A program made the position numbers and the translations under genes. Of a stretch of 12,406 nt of DNA, positions 6,532 through 12,406 are shown piece by piece. Below the pieces are notes generated by a model. It saw only the letters and a list, made by a program, of their open reading frames with translations. It was not told where the DNA came from and did no database searches. The DNA is taken from the UHGV virus genome UHGV-0130052; one strand, written 5' to 3'. Within the stretch, counting starts at the first letter, position 1. Every line of letters starts with the position of its first letter. The stretch comes from a virus.

Positions 6532-6890
6532 TTATTGATTTAGACACTCTTTTTCCAAGTCGAAAGACGTTTACAGATCTGGTGGCTTATTGTACTGATC
6601 CGTTTGCCTCTGTAGAAAACAAGGTTTTTGCTTCTCTTCCTGCTGATGTTGAATGCGGAGACTTGATCACCAGCACTGGCGCTAAATATGAATCAGGAGA
6701 TGATATCTATGTTGTTATGAGTGAATTTGTAACGGCTGGGGAAAACAAGCCTGTAGATGTGCTACGTAGCAATGCTGGCCTTGTGTGCATTAAAGCTGAT
6801 GCGCTGAATGCTGTAAGTGAAGCAGCAAAAACAGCATTAATTAAAAAAGGCTTCCAGCTTGAAGGCTTTAATACGGTTTTCACTTCTTAA
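6528..6890 (+). CDS. Hypothetical head-module protein (120 aa), positionally analogous to a decoration or scaffold protein
   Basis: AAGGAG Shine-Dalgarno; ATGA overlap with upstream gene; sits directly upstream of the capsid-like gene. I see no convincing similarity to lambda gpD, so the role is positional inference only. Confidence 0.5.
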   Translation: MIIDLDTLFPSRKTFTDLVAYCTDPFASVENKVFASLPADVECGDLITSTGAKYESGDDIYVVMSEFVTAGENKPVDVLRSNAGLVCIKADALNAVSEAAKTALIKKGFQLEGFNTVFTS

Positions 6891-6908
6891 TAAAAGGAAT
6901 AATAATAA

Positions 6909-7937
6909 ATGATTCTAGGTAATGATTACGTTGATTTGATCCCTCTGTTCCAGACACACAGCACGCGTAACTTCCTGCTCTCTACCCTTGATTTTACGGA
7001 TTCTGTAGGGGTTACATCTCATAAAGTAGCTGTTTCACAGCTTGTCGAAAGCAACGAATCTCTGTTCAACAAAGAAACCTCTCGTTTCTCTTCTGAACAC
7101 AACGTTACTAAGCGAGAACAAGGTAAAGAATGGCTGATTGAAATCCCTTACTTCCTACGTGAAGATGTGATCCGTCCTTCTGATGTTCAAGGCAAGCGTA
7201 AACCTGGCACTGATTTCCAGGAAACACTCACTGATATTTATGCTGAGTATGTTGCTAAACATCACGTAGCGTATCAGCGTACAAAAGAGAGCGTGTTGGC
7301 GGCTTCTTTGTTCTCTGGCAAAACTTACACGCCTAAAACTGATGATGTTCTTATCGAGTGGGGCAAGCTGTTTAACGTATCAGCTATGAAAGCCACTGTG
7401 AACGCTTCCAGCACTGACACCACGAAGATTTTTAAAGAATTTGATCAGATTGCTACTGACATTATCGAAAAAGCACAAAGCCAGGCGGCTGCTGTAGAGC
7501 GTATTGTTGTTTTCTGTAAGCCGGAAGCCTTCTCTGCAATTCGATTCTCTGCGGGTATGGCAAACGCATTCCAGTATGTAAGCCCACTGGAAGAAGGGAA
7601 CGTTGTGTATCAGCGTCGTGACCTGCTACCAGGAGTGACAGCGTTCACTATTCCAGGAACTAACATTGATGTTGTTAAACTGGTAGATCCGCTACACCTG
7701 GCACATATGACCGCAGACGCTGTAGCTGTGCCTAAATTCTCTAAGGGTAGCGGAATTTATACCAATATCTTCGGGGCTGCTTCCAGCACCTTTGAACTGA
7801 TTAATGCCGCTCCTGCTGAGGTGTATAGCTATAGCTATGAATCTTCTCGTGGTGATGCTGTTAACGTTGTTACAGAGAATAGCCAGATGGTTGTAAACCA
7901 CGGTGTAGGCTTCTCCGTTCAAATCACTGTTAAATAA
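6909..7937 (+). CDS. Putative major capsid protein, lambda gpE-like family (342 aa)
   Basis: Length close to lambda gpE (341 aa). Local similarities to gpE as I recall it: RIVVFCKPEAFSAIRFS vs IIVFDPKGWALFRSF, LFSGKTYTPKTDD vs VLKGKYTMTGE, C-terminal FSVQI vs VSVQLA, N-terminal DLIPLFQ vs FDPLFLR. Followed by a strong terminator. Not verified by search. Confidence 0.55.
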   Translation: MILGNDYVDLIPLFQTHSTRNFLLSTLDFTDSVGVTSHKVAVSQLVESNESLFNKETSRFSSEHNVTKREQGKEWLIEIPYFLREDVIRPSDVQGKRKPGTDFQETLTDIYAEYVAKHHVAYQRTKESVLAASLFSGKTYTPKTDDVLIEWGKLFNVSAMKATVNASSTDTTKIFKEFDQIATDIIEKAQSQAAAVERIVVFCKPEAFSAIRFSAGMANAFQYVSPLEEGNVVYQRRDLLPGVTAFTIPGTNIDVVKLVDPLHLAHMTADAVAVPKFSKGSGIYTNIFGAASSTFELINAAPAEVYSYSYESSRGDAVNVVTENSQMVVNHGVGFSVQITVK

Positions 7938-7955
7938 TATTTTAACGTGTAATAG

Positions 7956-7990
7956 AGGCGTGGCGTGAATAACACGCTTCGCCTTTTTTT
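7956..7990 (+). terminator. Strong intrinsic terminator after the capsid-like gene
   Basis: AGGCG/CGCCT outer and GCGTG/CACGC inner stem (loop AATAA) followed by seven Ts, then ATTTATTTTT. Confidence 0.75.
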
Positions 7991-8023
7991 ATTTATTTTT
8001 AAATTTTGAGAGGTGATTAAAAT

Positions 8024-8224
8024 ATGGAAGTGATTCTGAAATCAAAAAACGGTGTACACGTACATTTAGATGCTAATGATTCTAGAGGCTTGTTAAATCT
8101 GAAATATCTATGTTCTCTCTTAGATGTTCCATATGAAGGAGTAAAAGCCCGTATGTTCAGACTAAACGAGAGTATTGATCAGGCTCTACACCATTTCTTA
8201 AGCAAAGAAGGTGGTAAAAAATGA
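8024..8224 (+). CDS. Small hypothetical protein (66 aa)
   Basis: GAGGTGA upstream of ATG; same operon and strand. Confidence 0.45.
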   Translation: MEVILKSKNGVHVHLDANDSRGLLNLKYLCSLLDVPYEGVKARMFRLNESIDQALHHFLSKEGGKK

Positions 8225-8242
8225 TTAATAAGGGGATTTTAA

Positions 8243-10084
8243 ATGTTAGAAATTAACACTTCTAAAATTAAGAACACAGTAACATTTAGTGTAGATAAAG
8301 ACAGCTTGAAAAAAGCGAAAGACTCTATTACAGGCTTAAAGGAATTCGCAGAAAATATCAAGCCAGCTAAATTGAGATTTGATAATGTCACTAAAGGCTA
8401 TAAGAAAGCACAAAGTGAAGTAGACAAGATTACTCAACAGAAAGCTAAAACAGAAAAACAGAATCAAAGAGCACAAGCTGCCGCAGCAAGAGCACAGGCA
8501 AGGCAACAGGCACAAATAGCAGCACGTAAAGAGAAAGCAGAATTAAAACTTCTCGATGTGTCAAGCTCTATCAGTGCAATGCACCGCCTCTCTGTAGCGG
8601 AACAATACAAAGCTATTGCACAGGCTAGAGAGATAGCAAAACAATATGAGCAAGGGGCTATCTCGCTTGCACGTATGAATAGCCAGATGAAACGCCTACA
8701 ACAACAACAACGTAAGATTAATGGCAACAGAAAAACTCAATTAGCCCCCGTTAAGGGAGGATCAGGGAATTCCGCCACTATGGGCGCTCTGTTATTTGGA
8801 GGCGCTACGGCTGCTGCTGGCGTGATGGCTGTTAGCAAAGCGGCGGAGTTTGTTAGTAGCAGTTTCGCTAACGCAGAGACCCAAGGGGAGCTAATCCAAC
8901 GTGCCAAGCTGGGCGGTGTAGACGTTAACCAGATGTATAATATTACAGAATGGGCCTATAGACACGGGATCGATAGCCTCCAGGGAGATCAAGGGGCTAG
9001 GAAATACCTGGATCAGATGAAAGATGTTAGGGAACGTGCCGCAAAATCCTACAGTGAAGCTGAATTGGTGAAAGACAAGAAAACCGGAAAATCTGAATGG
9101 AAAGGCGGTGATAACGCTATTAATGAACTTCTAAACATCGGTGTTATTAACAAAAGCGACCTTAAAAAATTTGCTGATAATCCAGCCGGATTAATTTCTA
9201 AGGCTGTTAATGGAATGATGAAAAAAGGGTTTTCAGACTCCCAAATTGGACAACGTTTAGAAGACCTGGGCGATGATTTGATGCTTACATCAAAATATTG
9301 GCAACGTTCCGTTAAAGATGTACAAGAAAGTATTAATCAGCAAAAAGCCTCTGGAAAATGGCTAACAGAAACACAGCAAGAATCTATTGTTAAATTCAGA
9401 GAACTAAACAGACAGCTTTCACAGCTTTCTGATGCAAGACAAGTAGCATTTGTAGACGGCTTTATGAAATCTCTCGATCCAAAAGTAACGGAAGAGTTTA
9501 TGAAAAACCTTTCTAATCTCACTCCGTATTTTACGAAGCTGGGTGAAGCCGCAGGAAGTCTTTTTGACGCCATTATGAAGATTGTAAACTGGTTTAATCG
9601 TAATGATGATAAGACAGATGCTATTCAGAAAAATATGGGTGATGCACCGCCACTATCTAACGATGGAATGAAACAGAATCTTTCTAACCTCGTTCCTGAT
9701 AAATATAAAGGCGCTGGCACTGCAACAACTACACCTGATAATAGTCATTCCCTCTTTAACACAATTAAGGGATTGCTTTTCGATGATAAGTCTTCTGTGT
9801 CAGATGTAAAAATGTCAGTCAGCGAAGCACCGATAACCAATCTCAAACAGGGTGCTTTAAATAATCTTGCAATGACAACTCCGGCTTATAATTTATCTCC
9901 TGTGTTTAATCTGAATCCTACATTTGAAGTGGTAACAGAGGTTCCGCTTACTATTAATTCTGACACATCCAGATTAAGCGATTATGTGGATTTTACAGCG
10001 AGAGCAAGTCGGGATAGCTTCTTGAAATCATTAACATTAACCAGCTTGTCAGGACAATCCAACGGCGGGGAATTCCCGCCATAA
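8243..10084 (+). CDS. Large hypothetical protein (613 aa): N-terminal coiled-coil-like region rich in Q/A/K/R, Gly/Ala-rich hydrophobic segment, large C-terminal domain; tape-measure-like or scaffold-like
   Basis: AAGGGGA 6 nt upstream of ATG; residues ~60-170 are helical and low complexity (QRAQAAAARAQARQQAQIAARKEKAELKLL); hydrophobic TMGALLFGGATAAAGVMAV; no catalytic motif recognised. Confidence 0.6.
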   Translation: MLEINTSKIKNTVTFSVDKDSLKKAKDSITGLKEFAENIKPAKLRFDNVTKGYKKAQSEVDKITQQKAKTEKQNQRAQAAAARAQARQQAQIAARKEKAELKLLDVSSSISAMHRLSVAEQYKAIAQAREIAKQYEQGAISLARMNSQMKRLQQQQRKINGNRKTQLAPVKGGSGNSATMGALLFGGATAAAGVMAVSKAAEFVSSSFANAETQGELIQRAKLGGVDVNQMYNITEWAYRHGIDSLQGDQGARKYLDQMKDVRERAAKSYSEAELVKDKKTGKSEWKGGDNAINELLNIGVINKSDLKKFADNPAGLISKAVNGMMKKGFSDSQIGQRLEDLGDDLMLTSKYWQRSVKDVQESINQQKASGKWLTETQQESIVKFRELNRQLSQLSDARQVAFVDGFMKSLDPKVTEEFMKNLSNLTPYFTKLGEAAGSLFDAIMKIVNWFNRNDDKTDAIQKNMGDAPPLSNDGMKQNLSNLVPDKYKGAGTATTTPDNSHSLFNTIKGLLFDDKSSVSDVKMSVSEAPITNLKQGALNNLAMTTPAYNLSPVFNLNPTFEVVTEVPLTINSDTSRLSDYVDFTARASRDSFLKSLTLTSLSGQSNGGEFPP

Positions 10085-10105
10085 CATTACAAGGAAATTA
10101 TTATT

Positions 10106-10819
10106 ATGGCGACCGCCGGGATTTTAACCATACGATCAGCAAACTCCCCAGAACAACACGTTCAGGCTGTTTACAAAGCAGAACAAGATATAAACTCTAC
10201 AAAAAACACAAATAACTCTGCCTCTACTGTGAAAGGAGAGAATGGATTTGCTATTGTTACCAGTGGCTTGGCATCTTCTGGTAATGACGTTTATGAAAAT
10301 TATATGGCACTGGCCTTTGACAGTGTTGACGATGTGAACGTGAGACGTTCGGCAGATGTCACAAGCTACCCCGTAGAGAATGGTGCTACTGTGTCTGATC
10401 ACGTTCAAATTAAAAACAATAAGTTTTCTCTTAAAGGGCGTATCTCTGAAACACCGATTAAAAGCGATCCTGGCTTGTTAAAGAGTGCAGGGGTGAACGG
10501 GAACAGAAGATCATTAGCTATCGACTACCTGAATCAGATTATGGACAGTAGACAGCCTTTTCTTCTTGTTACAGAAAATAAAACTTTTGAGAACGTTGTT
10601 TTAACAGGCATCGAATACACAGAAGAGGCAAGCGAATCCCTGGTATTTGATCTTAGCTTTGAACAAATCAGATTAGTTTCTTATGGCACTGTAAACACTG
10701 TAGCTATCAAAACACAGCCATCTAAGAACATAGGGGCTAATATGAAAAAACGTGTTAACACTGAAAAAGCAAGTAGTGAAGGTGAAGACACTATTACTCC
10801 TGCCTTTAAACAGGAATAG
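10106..10819 (+). CDS. Hypothetical protein (237 aa), composition suggests beta-rich; possible virion or accessory protein
   Basis: AAGGA upstream of ATG; last gene of the operon, convergent with the integrase; no motif recognised. Confidence 0.55.
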   Translation: MATAGILTIRSANSPEQHVQAVYKAEQDINSTKNTNNSASTVKGENGFAIVTSGLASSGNDVYENYMALAFDSVDDVNVRRSADVTSYPVENGATVSDHVQIKNNKFSLKGRISETPIKSDPGLLKSAGVNGNRRSLAIDYLNQIMDSRQPFLLVTENKTFENVVLTGIEYTEEASESLVFDLSFEQIRLVSYGTVNTVAIKTQPSKNIGANMKKRVNTEKASSEGEDTITPAFKQE

Positions 10820-10860
10820 CCGTAAATGCCTCTAAAACGCTCTGTAACGATGTAATTATA

Positions 10861-10893
10861 AAAGAGGCTACCAATCTATGTTGAAGCCTCTTT
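10861..10893. terminator. Candidate bidirectional terminator between the convergent 10106-10819 gene and the integrase
   Basis: Perfect 9-bp stem AAAGAGGCT / AGCCTCTTT with A-run on one side and T-run on the other; the 15-nt loop is long, which lowers confidence. Confidence 0.45.
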
Positions 10894-10900
10894 ATTGCGT

Positions 10901-12265
10901 CTATGGTGTTGTTTTACGCCTTAAATTTGATTTTTTATTGATTGATAAGCCTTTCTCTATTTCAGGGTAGCGTAGAAGCTCAATATATTTTTTAAGCTCT
11001 ACTGGAGAAGCTGCATTCTTGCTATATGTGCGGAATGTCTCTGTATTGCCGCGTGTATGGCCCAGGAGAAGGGCGATCCTGTCTTCTGGAATTTGATTTC
11101 GATCAAGAAGCTGTGCTACTCCGTGTCTCAGAGAATGAAACACCTTCCTTTCTGTTCCCTTTTCCCCTAAAGCCTTTCGTTTAGCTCTTGTAAATCTCTG
11201 CGTGTGCCACGTAGAGCGTTTACCATCTACACGCTCTGTAATGCTGGCGTGATAGAACAAAAAGCCATTATGAGGCTTTTCACGCAGCGACAACACCAAC
11301 GGAGTGATAAGGCTGTGTACAGGCACAACACGTGCCGCAGCTTTCGTTTTTCCCTGTGTGATTTCAAAACACAGCACACCTTCGATCTCTTTCACATCGT
11401 CTATTGTGAGACTTGCTATCTCATTGATCCGCATACCTGTATATAAACCGATAAGACACAAAGCCATCATTTCTTTGTTTTCTGCTGAATTACCGGAAAA
11501 TACTTGCAACACCTGCAATAGCTCTTTGTTAGAAAATGCCTCGTAGCTCTCTCTACTTTGTGCCACATCAAGCCTATGCCCTCGCCAGGGGGAGAGCGCC
11601 CTTTCTGGCGCATCGTGGTAACGTGATGAAGCTAACTCCCATAGCTGGGCCATTGGGCTGATATAATTTGCAATTGATTGTTGTGAAAGGGTTTTTTGCA
11701 TGTGTTCAATCCAGCCTGTAACAGTGGTGCGGCTTACATCTTGCAATGCAATATCAGGCTTTTTACGGTAGGAGAGAAACATCTCTACCGCTTTTCTTGC
11801 CTTAGCTAAAGTGGCTGGCTTCTTCTTCGTGCTGTTAATTGTCAGGTAGATTTCAAGAATTTTAAGCAATGACGGACACGAAGACGCTGTATCTTGCATT
11901 CTGGTAGCTGTTTTGGCGTATTTAGCCTTACTGCGTAACAGCTCCAGCGTGTTCTCTATTGTGCTGTTTACAGGGGCGACACTCTCCCGTAGACAATGGT
12001 ATTCATCTGCAATCTGATCACGCTTTCTACGTGCAACACGAAGATTACTTGTGTGCAGACTCCTGACAAACGTCCTTTTTCCTTCAAAAAAGGGCTGCAT
12101 ATACACAGGCAACGTGATCCTCAAATAGTAGTTACCGTAAGAATCACAGATTATGTATTGATTGGGCTTGTATCTCATAAACTCCCCGGCTAAAGTGTCG
12201 GAGCGTTTGTAATGTGAAAATTGATTGTGACGCATAGAAAATGATGATTTTTCTATAAGATTCAA
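10901..12265 (-). CDS. int: Tyrosine site-specific integrase (454 aa)
   Basis: C-terminal catalytic-domain motifs HSLRHGVAQLL and LLGHTRGNTETFRTY (His/Arg/Tyr signature); start lies ~55 bp from the right-hand att repeat and the gene reads away from it. The ribosome-binding site is weak, so the exact start is uncertain. Confidence 0.9.
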   Translation of the reverse strand: MNLIEKSSFSMRHNQFSHYKRSDTLAGEFMRYKPNQYIICDSYGNYYLRITLPVYMQPFFEGKRTFVRSLHTSNLRVARRKRDQIADEYHCLRESVAPVNSTIENTLELLRSKAKYAKTATRMQDTASSCPSLLKILEIYLTINSTKKKPATLAKARKAVEMFLSYRKKPDIALQDVSRTTVTGWIEHMQKTLSQQSIANYISPMAQLWELASSRYHDAPERALSPWRGHRLDVAQSRESYEAFSNKELLQVLQVFSGNSAENKEMMALCLIGLYTGMRINEIASLTIDDVKEIEGVLCFEITQGKTKAAARVVPVHSLITPLVLSLREKPHNGFLFYHASITERVDGKRSTWHTQRFTRAKRKALGEKGTERKVFHSLRHGVAQLLDRNQIPEDRIALLLGHTRGNTETFRTYSKNAASPVELKKYIELLRYPEIEKGLSINKKSNLRRKTTP

Positions 12266-12320
12266 TCAATTAGTAATGGTCGTAGGTGATGGCATTAACA
12301 CGAGATTAATCGAGTGTTTT

Positions 12321-12340
12321 ACTCCTATTATCGGCACCAT
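12321..12340. repeat. attR core: second copy of the 20-bp direct repeat (duplicated tRNA 3' end)
   Basis: ACTCCTATTATCGGCACCAT identical to 36-55; not preceded by the rest of a tRNA, so it is a partial tRNA copy marking the element boundary. Confidence 0.8.
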
Positions 12341-12406
12341 TAAAATCAAAGAGTTACCCCATATTTAAATACACCACGTTTCCTCCTGTGCCGTATTTGT
12401 GCCATT

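Larger units (their letters stand above)
36..12340. mobile_element. Integrated ~12.3 kb element at tRNA-Thr (satellite-like island or mini-prophage) bounded by 20-bp direct repeats
   Basis: Perfect DR at both ends, tyrosine integrase next to the right DR, serine resolvase, putative origin and a capsid-type gene inside; coding regions are AT-rich by eye. Confidence 0.75.

Noticed and set aside
7300-7330. Walker A-like string ASLFSGKT in the capsid-like protein
   Set aside because: Matches only the loose [AG]x4GK[ST] pattern, sits mid-protein with no Walker B context, and aligns with the KGKYTM region of lambda gpE; judged a chance match.
7692-10408. Antisense ORFs 7692-7922, 8464-8727, 9337-9573 and 10136-10408 (minus)
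   Set aside because: Shadow frames inside long plus-strand genes; 8464-8727 is a Cys/Ala run produced by the reverse of the Gln/Ala-rich coiled-coil coding region.
11204-12193. Plus-strand ORFs 11204-11446, 11304-11546 and 11996-12193 inside the integrase gene
   Set aside because: Shadow frames of the integrase CDS, which has clear catalytic motifs on the minus strand.

Overview
The window starts inside a tRNA-Thr(CGU) gene (last 54 nt present) and appears to hold one complete ~12.3 kb integrative element inserted at the tRNA 3' end. The element is bounded by a perfect 20-bp direct repeat (ACTCCTATTATCGGCACCAT at 36-55 and 12321-12340). From left to right it carries: a serine recombinase (resolvase-type, 1365-1904, minus) with a res-like dyad over its own promoter; a ~1.8 kb gene-free region (1905-3730) packed with iteron-like repeats, three palindrome-containing iterons and an AT-rich tract (putative origin); a rightward operon of small DNA-binding and replication-initiator-like proteins (3733-5986); a second rightward operon (6319-10819) that includes a lambda gpE-like major capsid protein gene, preceded by a promoter, a ~200-nt leader and an intrinsic terminator; and a tyrosine integrase at the right end (10901-12265, minus). 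I see no terminase, portal, protease, tail or lysis genes. My reading is a compact, capsid-encoding, helper-dependent satellite-like island or mini-prophage, not a full prophage. Most products cannot be named from sequence alone; all family assignments rest on motifs recalled from memory, not on searches.
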